From positions 30,046 to 94,045 of IMG/VR virus record IMGVR_UViG_3300046328_000221: a stretch of 64,000 nt of DNA; one strand, given 5' to 3'. This DNA is from a virus. Shown one piece after another: positions 1 through 8,849 of the stretch. The first letter of the stretch is position 1. Each line of letters begins with the position of its first letter. A program made the position numbers and the translations under genes. The notes beneath the pieces were generated by a model that was not told where the DNA came from, searched no databases, and saw nothing but the letters and a program-made list of their open reading frames with translations.

Positions 1-1400
1 TTCAGTCATCAACTTCGGGGGACTCAAAGTCAAAGGCATTGAATCCAGGAACAATATACAGAAATGCCTATGGACTATTTGATGTAATTACTCCACCATA
101 TAACCTATATGAACTTGCAAGCTACTATGATACTTCATTTGCTAACCACGCAGCTATTGATGCAAAGGTAGAAAATACTGTTGGCCTAGGATATGATTTT
201 GTTGTATCTGACAGAACAACTCTAAAACTAGAATCTTCAGCAGATCCAGAAGCGGTAGGTCGTGCACGTAATCGTATTGAAAGACTAAAGATCCAGCTTC
301 GTGATTGGCTAGAAAATCTTAATCAGGATGAGAGCTTTACCAGTATTATGGAAAAGGTCTTCACTGATGTTCACTCAGTAGGAAATGGATATATTGAAAT
401 TGGTAGAACCTTAACTGGTGATATTGGTTACATTGGTCACATTCCTGCTACAACAATTCGTGTACGTCGTATGCGAGATGGGTTCGTTCAGATCATTGCG
501 AATAAGGTTGTTTACTTCCGCAATTTTGGAGCAAAGAATCCAAACCCTGTTACAACTGATAATCGCCCAAATGAAATTATCCACATTAAAGAATATTCAC
601 CTCTAAACACATTCTATGGAGTTCCAGATGTTATTGCTGCGATGCCATCATTACTCGGAGATGCTCTGGCATCACAGTATAACATTGACTATTTCACCAA
701 CAAGGCTGTTCCACGTTACATTGTAACTCTTAAGGGTGCACAACTTACATCAGAAGCAGAAGATAAACTATTTAGATTCTTGCAGACTGGACTAAAGGGT
801 CAAAATCACCGTACACTTTATATTCCACTTCCTGGTGATTCAGATACAAATAAGGTTGAGTTCAAGATGGACCCAATTGAAAGTGGAATCCAAGAAGGAT
901 CATTTAAGGAATATAGAAAGCAGAATCGTGACGACATCCTAGTTGCTCACCAGGTACCGCTTTCAAAGCTTGGTGGATCAGACTCTTCTCAGATTGCTGC
1001 TTCTCTTGCACAAGATCGTACATTTAAAGAGCAGGTTGCTAGACCAGCACAACGTAATCTTGAAAAGATTCTAAACAAGATCTTCCGTGAGAAGACAGAT
1101 GTTGTAGAGCTTAAGTTTAATGAGCTTACACTTACAGACGAACTTGCACAATCTCAGATTCTTACTAACTATGTTAAGAATCAGATTATGGTTCCTAATG
1201 AGGCTCGTGCTATTATTAATCTTCCAGAAAGAAGCGATGGGGATAGCCCAGTAGTCCCAACAGCTAGACAGGCTGCAGACTCAAATGCTAACAACCAACA
1301 GAACAGATCAAGAGATGCTCAACGCCAACAGGCTCAGGCTGACAATACTGCAACAGTTTCTGGTAGGAATCCAAAAGGAGAGGGTAGATCTTCAAACTAA
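1..1400 (+). CDS. Phage portal protein (5' end outside window)
   Basis: Frame is open from base 3. Portal-like motifs (GNGYIEI, YGVPD..AA, YF.N.AVP, NEAR). Lies directly upstream of the prohead protease. Confidence 0.9.
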   Translation, partial: QSSTSGDSKSKALNPGTIYRNAYGLFDVITPPYNLYELASYYDTSFANHAAIDAKVENTVGLGYDFVVSDRTTLKLESSADPEAVGRARNRIERLKIQLRDWLENLNQDESFTSIMEKVFTDVHSVGNGYIEIGRTLTGDIGYIGHIPATTIRVRRMRDGFVQIIANKVVYFRNFGAKNPNPVTTDNRPNEIIHIKEYSPLNTFYGVPDVIAAMPSLLGDALASQYNIDYFTNKAVPRYIVTLKGAQLTSEAEDKLFRFLQTGLKGQNHRTLYIPLPGDSDTNKVEFKMDPIESGIQEGSFKEYRKQNRDDILVAHQVPLSKLGGSDSSQIAASLAQDRTFKEQVARPAQRNLEKILNKIFREKTDVVELKFNELTLTDELAQSQILTNYVKNQIMVPNEARAIINLPERSDGDSPVVPTARQAADSNANNQQNRSRDAQRQQAQADNTATVSGRNPKGEGRSSN

Positions 1401-1455
1401 CAATTTTACCACTAAATTGTAACATTTGTAAAAAAGGGTCTATAATAATAATAGT

Positions 1456-2706
1456 ATGTCTATATCTAAAGCCCACTGGAATACGGAGGGAGACAATGTT
1501 CGTCTCTCTATGCCGTTTAGCAAGGTCGATGCGGAGCGTCGCATCGTCTCTGGTTTTGCCACACTTGACAACATAGATCGTCAAAAGGATATCGTTACAG
1601 CAGAAGCTTCTCTTGAGGCATTCTCAAAGTTTCGTGGTAACATTCGTGAAATGCACCAACCACTAGCAGTTGGCAAAATGGTTTCATTCAAAGAAGACAA
1701 GTACTTTGACCCTGAGACAAAGAAGTTCTATTCAGGTGTATACGTATCAGCATATGTTTCTAAGGGTGCTCAGGACACATGGGAAAAGGTTCTAGATGGA
1801 ACTCTATCAGGATTCTCTATTGGTGGCAAGATGAACACCTGGGATGACGCATATGACGAAAAGATGGATTGTGCAATTCGTGTTATTAAGGCATATGACC
1901 TCACAGAACTATCTTTGGTAGATAGCCCAGCAAATCAGTTTGCAAGTATTCTTTCTGTAGAAAAGGTAAACGGAGTTGATACCCTAAAGGGTGAAGCCGT
2001 TGATACTATTATTGAAAATGTTTTCTATGACAAAGACTCTGGTCTTGTAATGTTGTCAGAAAACGAAGTTGAGGTAAGCCCTACTTCTGGGATACCAATG
2101 ACTAACATAGGTTTCGTTGAGAAAAATGATAACGAAAAAACAGATATGATAAAGTTCTTAATTGATAGTGCTAAAGGCATTAACACAGTTGAGATTAATA
2201 AGGAGGCAAACACTATGACAGATGAAAACGTAAATGTTGACAATGTTGAAGTCGCTCCAGAGGCAGATGCCGTAGTTGAAGAAACTACTACAGATGTTGT
2301 TGAGAAGTCAGACACAGTCGAGACTTCAGATGCAGCTGAAGAAGTAGTTGTAGAAATTCCTGCAACTGAAGAGGTATCTCAGTCAGAAGAAGTAGAAGCT
2401 GAAAAAGCTGATGCAATTGCTGACTTAAAGAATACACTTACATCAGCCTTTAGCGATATTACTGCAGTAGTTAAATCACTTAGTGAAGAAGTTGCTGCAC
2501 TAAAGAAGTCAAACGAATTATCAGCTGCAAAACTTGCAGATGCTGAGGGAGACTTTGAAAATCTTGGAAAGCGTATCGATGCAGTTGAGGCTGATACTGC
2601 TTTCCGTAAGTCTGGCGATCTCGGAGAGATTGTACAGGAACCAGCAATGGTTGAAAAATCAGTATGGGGCGGACGTTTCCTCACAACATCCGATCTACTA
2701 AAGTAA
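1456..2706 (+). CDS. HK97-type prohead protease fused to acidic/coiled-coil scaffold
   Basis: Motifs IVSGFAT.DNID, REMH, GFSIGG, ELSLVDSPAN; acidic C-terminal half. Confidence 0.9.
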   Translation: MSISKAHWNTEGDNVRLSMPFSKVDAERRIVSGFATLDNIDRQKDIVTAEASLEAFSKFRGNIREMHQPLAVGKMVSFKEDKYFDPETKKFYSGVYVSAYVSKGAQDTWEKVLDGTLSGFSIGGKMNTWDDAYDEKMDCAIRVIKAYDLTELSLVDSPANQFASILSVEKVNGVDTLKGEAVDTIIENVFYDKDSGLVMLSENEVEVSPTSGIPMTNIGFVEKNDNEKTDMIKFLIDSAKGINTVEINKEANTMTDENVNVDNVEVAPEADAVVEETTTDVVEKSDTVETSDAAEEVVVEIPATEEVSQSEEVEAEKADAIADLKNTLTSAFSDITAVVKSLSEEVAALKKSNELSAAKLADAEGDFENLGKRIDAVEADTAFRKSGDLGEIVQEPAMVEKSVWGGRFLTTSDLLK

Positions 2707-2735
2707 ATCAAAAGAATCACTTGGAGGTGAAAATA

Positions 2736-3830
2736 ATGTCGGAAGAAATAATCAAAAACAATCCTGCTCCAACCAGCTATCCTAATGCGGATGGTGGTTT
2801 TGCTGCAGGTGGTATTGGGGGAGTTGACTCTCCAGCCTTTGCGTTCCTGGGAAATACAGCAACAGCAGAGTTCGGAGAAACTAGCGGTCCAAACGCAGTT
2901 AACCCATCATTTACCGAAAGCCCAAATTACCCAGGTGCTGGTATCCTACGTCCTGATCAAGCTCGTCGTTTTATCGACTATGTTTGGGATGCTACCACAC
3001 TTGCTAATGATGGTCGTCGTGTAACAATGCGAGCTAACACAATGGAACTTGAGAAAGTTAACGTTGGAGAGCGTGTTGTACGTGCTGCAAATCAGGGTGA
3101 TGCATCATTCACAAACGCTGGAGCAACTTTCAGCAAGGTAGAGCTTACCACAAAGAAGCTACGCCTTGACTGGGAAGTTTCAGCAGAAGCACTAGAAGAC
3201 AACATTGAAGGTGGTGCTCTTGAGGATCACATAGTACGTCTTATGACTACTGCTTTTGGTAATGACATCGAAGATCTAGCGATCAACGGTGACACCGATT
3301 CAGCAGATGCGTTCCTTGGCATCATGGACGGTTTCAACAAGAAGATTGCAGCAGATGGTTTCGGTAACGAAGCTGTTGTATCTGCAGGTTCAAACTGGAC
3401 CGTAGAAGACATGCAGAAGCTTATCCTTGCCTTGCCTCGCCGTTACCGTGCGATTCAGTCAGGACTTAAGTTCTATGCAGGATCAGACACATTTGCTAAC
3501 ATCGTAAAGAACAACGGTACCGTATTTGATTCAATTGGATCAACTGAGGCTGCTCGTGGATCATACCTTGGAGGAATCGATCAGACTTTCGGAAACGCTC
3601 GTCAGACTCGTGTTCTAGGTATTCCAGTTCTAGAGGTTCCTTACTACCCTGCGGATTATGTAGACCTTACATTCCCACAGAACCGCATCTGGGGCTTCCA
3701 GCGTGACATCACTGTAAACCGCTTCTATGTTCCTAAGAAGGACACAATTGAGTACACCGTATTCGTACGTTTTGGTATCAATTGGGAAGAGCAGGATGCA
3801 GTTGCATGGGCAGCAAAGCCAGCTTCATAA
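2736..3830 (+). CDS. Major capsid protein (HK97 fold)
   Basis: RBS GGAGG before ATG at 2736; position after protease; EVS.EALEDNIEG and LAINGD motifs; terminator follows. Confidence 0.9.
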   Translation: MSEEIIKNNPAPTSYPNADGGFAAGGIGGVDSPAFAFLGNTATAEFGETSGPNAVNPSFTESPNYPGAGILRPDQARRFIDYVWDATTLANDGRRVTMRANTMELEKVNVGERVVRAANQGDASFTNAGATFSKVELTTKKLRLDWEVSAEALEDNIEGGALEDHIVRLMTTAFGNDIEDLAINGDTDSADAFLGIMDGFNKKIAADGFGNEAVVSAGSNWTVEDMQKLILALPRRYRAIQSGLKFYAGSDTFANIVKNNGTVFDSIGSTEAARGSYLGGIDQTFGNARQTRVLGIPVLEVPYYPADYVDLTFPQNRIWGFQRDITVNRFYVPKKDTIEYTVFVRFGINWEEQDAVAWAAKPAS

Positions 3831-3854
3831 TTTGAAGTAGGTAACACCCTTTGA

Positions 3855-3888
3855 GGGGGGCAGGACTAACCTCCTGCTCCCCTTTATT
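3855..3888 (+). terminator. Intrinsic terminator after capsid gene
   Basis: GGGGGCAGGA-ctaacc-TCCTGCTCCCC hairpin followed by TTTATT. Confidence 0.8.
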
Positions 3889-3926
3889 AATTAATCTGTT
3901 ATAATATTACTTAAGGAGGCATAACT

Positions 3927-4373
3927 ATGTCAGAAAAAAATGAGATTGAAACATCATTAGATTTTCTACCAGAAGGAGAAGTCCTTGTCCCAGAAGAAGT
4001 TCTAGAAGAACTGTCTAAGATTGTAGAAAATACCGATAAGCCAGTTGAGGCTAAAGAATCAGAAGTTAATGAAAACGTTATTTCGCTAGAGAAGCCAGAA
4101 GTTACTGGCCCAGGTCTTGCTCCAGTGGCATCAGGTGCTATTGGAAGTACACAGGTAAAGGCACGTCCAAAGCCAGAGTCAAAGACAAAGGCAAAGAAAG
4201 CTGATGTAGAGAAGGTTGCTATTCATTCTAGTCGCAATGTGACTTGGGATGGCGTTGGTAAGGTAAACATTGGCTACAACATTGTTACTGAAGATCAAGC
4301 AGCAAAGTGGCTAGAAAGAAACCACATTAGACTTGCAACACCAGAAGAAGTTGCCAAGGAGTTTATCCAATAA
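3927..4373 (+). CDS. Hypothetical virion-module protein
   Basis: Own TGTTATAAT promoter and AGGAGG RBS; position in head module. Confidence 0.7.
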   Translation: MSEKNEIETSLDFLPEGEVLVPEEVLEELSKIVENTDKPVEAKESEVNENVISLEKPEVTGPGLAPVASGAIGSTQVKARPKPESKTKAKKADVEKVAIHSSRNVTWDGVGKVNIGYNIVTEDQAAKWLERNHIRLATPEEVAKEFIQ

Positions 4374-5302
4374 TGGAAATCCTAAGAGTTCCACCATATC
4401 CAATTATAACAACCTGGGATGTCCCAGAGGCAAACCATGCATATACAATTTATATTGAAGATGTGGTGGATCACTCTTATGAAACACTAGACGTTATCTC
4501 ATCAGGCGGATCAACCGTTGACTATATTCTTCCACGAGCAAAGGTTCAGTTTGACCGTGATTTTGTTTTTAGAATTCACGATACAGATATTAATGGAGAA
4601 ATCGTTGTAGATTCAAACCTAACAGTTTATCGTCCATATGTAGATCCAAACACTCTTGGAACAACAGCTTCAGAAATAGCAGAATATAAAAAATTAGAGA
4701 TAGTCGCTAGATCAATTATTGACTCATATCTTGGAAATGACTCAGCCAATGGAGAGGGTTTCTATAACCACAAGCTGGTCCTTCAGACAGTTGGACAAGG
4801 AACTGACTATATTCCAATGTGGCATAATCCAAAGAAGATTCTAAAGGCGTATGAGAATAACGTTCTTGTGTATGACTCAGAAACTCCAGAAACAAACATC
4901 TATACATATGTAATCTCACCAGATAACTCTGCAATTATGCGATATGAGGCTGACCTTTATAATAGGCTTGAGCAAGCTCCAGCTAGAGTTCCTGCAGGGA
5001 CTGGAGATCTGGGGTATTATGGAAGAGCTGGAGCAACATTCCCAAGAGGAAATGACTATACTTTTGTCCTTGATGTAGGATACAAAGCAATTCCACCAGA
5101 TGTAGAAATAGCAACAACCATGCTAATTGATGATCTTAAGTGTGGAAGAAATGACTATTACAATAGATTTGTTACTCAATACAGCACAGACCAATTCGAT
5201 ATTAAGTTTAGTGCACAAATGTTAGAGGGTACGGGGAATATGGTAGTAGATAAGATTCTTAATGGATATAAGGGATCTGTTATCAAACCAGGATTGATCT
5301 AA
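4373..5302 (+). CDS. Putative head-tail adaptor
   Basis: Synteny; C-terminal GY..IPPDV.IA motif typical of adaptors. Confidence 0.6.
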   Translation: MEILRVPPYPIITTWDVPEANHAYTIYIEDVVDHSYETLDVISSGGSTVDYILPRAKVQFDRDFVFRIHDTDINGEIVVDSNLTVYRPYVDPNTLGTTASEIAEYKKLEIVARSIIDSYLGNDSANGEGFYNHKLVLQTVGQGTDYIPMWHNPKKILKAYENNVLVYDSETPETNIYTYVISPDNSAIMRYEADLYNRLEQAPARVPAGTGDLGYYGRAGATFPRGNDYTFVLDVGYKAIPPDVEIATTMLIDDLKCGRNDYYNRFVTQYSTDQFDIKFSAQMLEGTGNMVVDKILNGYKGSVIKPGLI

Positions 5303-5748
5303 TGATATGCGAAACCACAGACTTTATGTACCCACTCCTTGCGGATATTTACTATCCAATAGTTGAGCAAGGTGGATTTGGCAATATCAAAAAGCAATGG
5401 ATTCTTGACAGAACCGTTGCCTGCTCATTTAATCCAGCTGGTAGAAAATTTAAGCAAGACCTTCAGATTAATCCAAATATTACACTAGACAATATCCTTG
5501 TTGGTAGAACAAGATCTGATATCCTATCTTCAAATCGTGAAGATCTAAATGCTATGACTAATGTTATTATTACAAATATTCGTGATAGATTTGGTAATAG
5601 GATCTATAATGAGTCATCTGGTATCCGTAAAGGAAAGTCCACAATCTTTGAAATTTCAACCTTTAGTCCAATTGTTGGAGCCTTTGGCTCAACAGAATAC
5701 TACAAGATTGTCCTAGCTCGTTCAGAAAACCAGGGTGCTGATATTTAA
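5302..5748 (+). CDS. Putative head-closure protein
   Basis: Synteny, size, TAATG coupling. Confidence 0.5.
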   Translation: MICETTDFMYPLLADIYYPIVEQGGFGNIKKQWILDRTVACSFNPAGRKFKQDLQINPNITLDNILVGRTRSDILSSNREDLNAMTNVIITNIRDRFGNRIYNESSGIRKGKSTIFEISTFSPIVGAFGSTEYYKIVLARSENQGADI

Positions 5749-6419
5749 TGCTAAGACTTGACGATAAACAATTTTTTAGAGAGATGAATAATATCATGGA
5801 ATACTCTGTAGGGTATCTAGATGGAATTCATCAGGGTAAACAAAAGTTTCTTGGAAGCATTGGTAGCAGTGTGATTGAGACACTAAAGACATACATAGAC
5901 TCAAGTGCAAGAGTTGATCCCCAAATGTTGCACCATGTCTATGAATGGAATCAAACAGGCAGCCCCTCAGCAAGATTATTTGATATTGAATATACTATTA
6001 GTAATTTAGGATTATCTTTTAAATCAAGCTTTACCCAATCATCATCTGTCAAAGATGGATCAACTACCCCATTCTACAATAAGGCAATGATCATGGAAAA
6101 TGGTATCCCAGTTACCATTAAGCCAAAGAATGCTAGTATCCTATCCTTCAATGTTGATGGAGAACAGGTTTTTACAAAGGGACCAATTGAGGTTTCAAAT
6201 CCAGGTGGTGACATGGTTCAAGGAAGTTTTGAGAACGTCTTTGATGAATTCTTTAATAGATATTTCACACAGGCATTCCTTTCTTCAAGTGGAATATCTT
6301 CATATCTAAAGAGTCCAGTTTTATATAAAAAGAATTTAGTAGCAGGCAAGTCATTAGGCAAGTCTGCTGGAGTATCTACAGGATACCGCTGGATCGCTAA
6401 CGCAGGAGTTGTTATTTAA
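5748..6419 (+). CDS. Putative neck/tail completion protein
   Basis: Synteny, coupled start/stop. Confidence 0.5.
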   Translation: MLRLDDKQFFREMNNIMEYSVGYLDGIHQGKQKFLGSIGSSVIETLKTYIDSSARVDPQMLHHVYEWNQTGSPSARLFDIEYTISNLGLSFKSSFTQSSSVKDGSTTPFYNKAMIMENGIPVTIKPKNASILSFNVDGEQVFTKGPIEVSNPGGDMVQGSFENVFDEFFNRYFTQAFLSSSGISSYLKSPVLYKKNLVAGKSLGKSAGVSTGYRWIANAGVVI

Positions 6420-6979
6420 TGGCTATTTACTATCCACCAGCATTTATTAATGCATATCTTCAAGACAAGATAAACGAGCACTTCACTGAAAATCCAATAG
6501 CTGGATTTGACCCAAGTGTTCTAAATCCAAGCAAAACTTTCCCATTCTTTCCAACAACCCCAACGGATATAAACTCACTATTTGAGACATTCTCAACTGG
6601 AAATGGCCAGTTTGCGGTATTTGACAGAATGTTTAAAATGCGTAGATTACCATTCCCACACATAAAGTCAGAGCAGTTACTATACTACTTCTATGCTACT
6701 GGAACAAACCCAATCCCATTTATGGTTGAGATTGCTCAAAAGGTACAGGACCTACTTGATAGCGAAGATGAGTCTGCACAGGATCTAAATGACTGGGCAA
6801 AGGCCAAGCAGTCATCATCCACCCCACTTACTGATGACAACGGAGTAAAGCTTCCGCTGCCATTCTTCCACAGAATCAAGGTCTATCAATTACAGGAAAC
6901 TAGGGATGTAGTCAACTTTGGAACTGCCAGAACCTTTGCTGGTAATAAGATGATTATTGACTATGACTGGCATAAGTAA
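6419..6979 (+). CDS. Putative tail terminator
   Basis: Immediately precedes the major tail gene. Confidence 0.5.
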   Translation: MAIYYPPAFINAYLQDKINEHFTENPIAGFDPSVLNPSKTFPFFPTTPTDINSLFETFSTGNGQFAVFDRMFKMRRLPFPHIKSEQLLYYFYATGTNPIPFMVEIAQKVQDLLDSEDESAQDLNDWAKAKQSSSTPLTDDNGVKLPLPFFHRIKVYQLQETRDVVNFGTARTFAGNKMIIDYDWHK

Positions 6980-7054
6980 TAGTTTAAAAAAGCTGTTATA
7001 CTTAGTTTGAGGAAACACGCCCATTATTTCTATAGAAAAAAGAGGTGAAAAAAT

Positions 7055-7699
7055 ATGCCATATACACGTGGTTCAAGTACCAACATTATAGTTGGTGCTG
7101 CAGCACTATTTACATACGAGGCAGGGACTCTAACAGAGGCTGACCTACCAGCGTATGCAAATGGTGTTTCATACAAGGATACTCTGACAGCAGATACAGA
7201 TTTCCGTAACGTTGGATATACAAGTAATGGTCTAGAGCTTATGTTCCAGCCTGACTTCGGAGAAGTTAGAGTTGATCAGGTTCTTGATGTTGCTAAGTTG
7301 TACAAGCAGGGTATGCAGGTTAACCTAAATACCACATTTGCTGAATCAACACTAGAAAACCTATTGTTTGCAATTGCAGGAAAAGATGAAGATCTTACTT
7401 CAGCAACTGGAACAGGTATTGGTGCAGGCTCAAGCCAGCTAAACCTATCAGCAGGAGACATCGGAGAATGTCCTGTTGAGCGTGGTCTAGTTGCAGTTGG
7501 TCCAGGTACAGGAGACTGTGCAGTTGGATCTTCTAAGGAACGAGTTTATGCTGCTTACCGTGCGTTGTCAATTGAGAGCGTAACAGTATCAGCCAAGCGT
7601 GACGAAGCAACTCAGTTTGCAGTGTCATTCCGCTTGCTACCAAATGACACAGCTTCATACGGTAAGATCGTTGATCGTACCATCCCAGCTGCATCATAA
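7055..7699 (+). CDS. Major tail tube protein
   Basis: VGYT..GL.L motif of actinophage tail tube proteins; strong RBS; terminator follows. Confidence 0.8.
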   Translation: MPYTRGSSTNIIVGAAALFTYEAGTLTEADLPAYANGVSYKDTLTADTDFRNVGYTSNGLELMFQPDFGEVRVDQVLDVAKLYKQGMQVNLNTTFAESTLENLLFAIAGKDEDLTSATGTGIGAGSSQLNLSAGDIGECPVERGLVAVGPGTGDCAVGSSKERVYAAYRALSIESVTVSAKRDEATQFAVSFRLLPNDTASYGKIVDRTIPAAS

Positions 7700-7717
7700 T
7701 CTACAACTTAATACTGC

Positions 7718-7755
7718 AGAACCGTCTAGTTTAACTACTAGGCGGTTTTGTTTTT
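7718..7755 (+). terminator. Intrinsic terminator
   Basis: AACCGTCTAGT-ttaact-ACTAGGCGGTT hairpin followed by a T-run. Confidence 0.8.
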
Positions 7756-7769
7756 GGTATACTTATAGG

Positions 7770-8459
7770 ATGGCCACAGAAGTATACAAATCAGCAACGG
7801 TACATCTAATAGATGGTACTGAGCTATACATTACCCCATTAAAAATAAAATACTTACGTGAAGTCATGGACACCTTTGAAGCGGTAAAAAGATCAAAGAA
7901 TGATAACGAAGCTATTTCCTGGCTGTCTGAATGTACCAGAATAGCCATGAAGCAATACTACCCTAAGATAAAGACAATAGAGGATTTAGAAGATAGCGTT
8001 GATATTGAAACACTGTATAGGATATTGGATATTGCTGCAGGAATAAAGATAGACCAGGAAAAGACAGAAGAGACAGTACAAGAGCAAGCAGCAGAAAGCG
8101 GTCCTGGCTGGGAAAAGTTTGATCTAGCAAAGCTGGAGTCTGAGGTATTTTTGCTGGGTATCTGGAAAGATTACGAAGAACTAGAAGCATCTCTATCAAT
8201 GCCAGAGCTATCTGCTATTTTGGAATCAAAAAGAGATTTAGATTATAAAGAAAAGAGATTTCTAGCAAGTATCCAAGGAGTTGATCTTGATGAACAGACT
8301 GGAAATAACGAACCAAATGCCTGGGAAAAGATGAAGGCCAAAGTATTCAGCAATGGTAAAACAGAAAATCCAAATGATGTAGTATCTCTACAAGGACAGA
8401 ATGCAGTAAAAGCTGGTTTTGGTATTGGCATGGGATTAGACTACGAAGATCTTGGATAA
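7770..8459 (+). CDS. Tail assembly chaperone, long (GT-like) form
   Basis: Lies between tail tube and tape measure genes; leaderless ATG at 7770 after TGGTATACT; N-terminal half is paralogous to the next gene. Confidence 0.65.
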   Translation: MATEVYKSATVHLIDGTELYITPLKIKYLREVMDTFEAVKRSKNDNEAISWLSECTRIAMKQYYPKIKTIEDLEDSVDIETLYRILDIAAGIKIDQEKTEETVQEQAAESGPGWEKFDLAKLESEVFLLGIWKDYEELEASLSMPELSAILESKRDLDYKEKRFLASIQGVDLDEQTGNNEPNAWEKMKAKVFSNGKTENPNDVVSLQGQNAVKAGFGIGMGLDYEDLG

Positions 8460-8509
8460 AATAAGTTATTTATGCTATAATTGATTAACCTAACAGGAGG
8501 AAAAATAAA

Positions 8510-8827
8510 ATGGCAACAACAACGCACCAAGAAAAAACAATCGTATTGTTTGATGGACAAGAAATCAAAATTAGACCACTAAAAATTTCACTTTTACGTG
8601 AATTCCTAAAGACATTTGAGGCTATCGAAGAAATTTCTGAAGATAACGACAAGTCTATGGATGAGCTTATTAAGTGTGTACAGATTGCTTTTAAGCAGTA
8701 CAAACCAGAATTGGCAGAAGATGCCAAGGCACTGGAAGATCTACTAGATCTACCAACTGTCTATGAGATTATTGGAGAAGCATCTGGAAACAGACTAGGT
8801 GATTCATCTCTATTGAATAATCTATAA
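8510..8827 (+). CDS. Tail assembly chaperone, short (G-like) form
   Basis: Own TGCTATAAT promoter and AGGAGG RBS; paralog of the 7770 N-terminus. Confidence 0.65.
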   Translation: MATTTHQEKTIVLFDGQEIKIRPLKISLLREFLKTFEAIEEISEDNDKSMDELIKCVQIAFKQYKPELAEDAKALEDLLDLPTVYEIIGEASGNRLGDSSLLNNL

Positions 8828-8849
8828 AATGTAAAGAGGGTGTATATGA

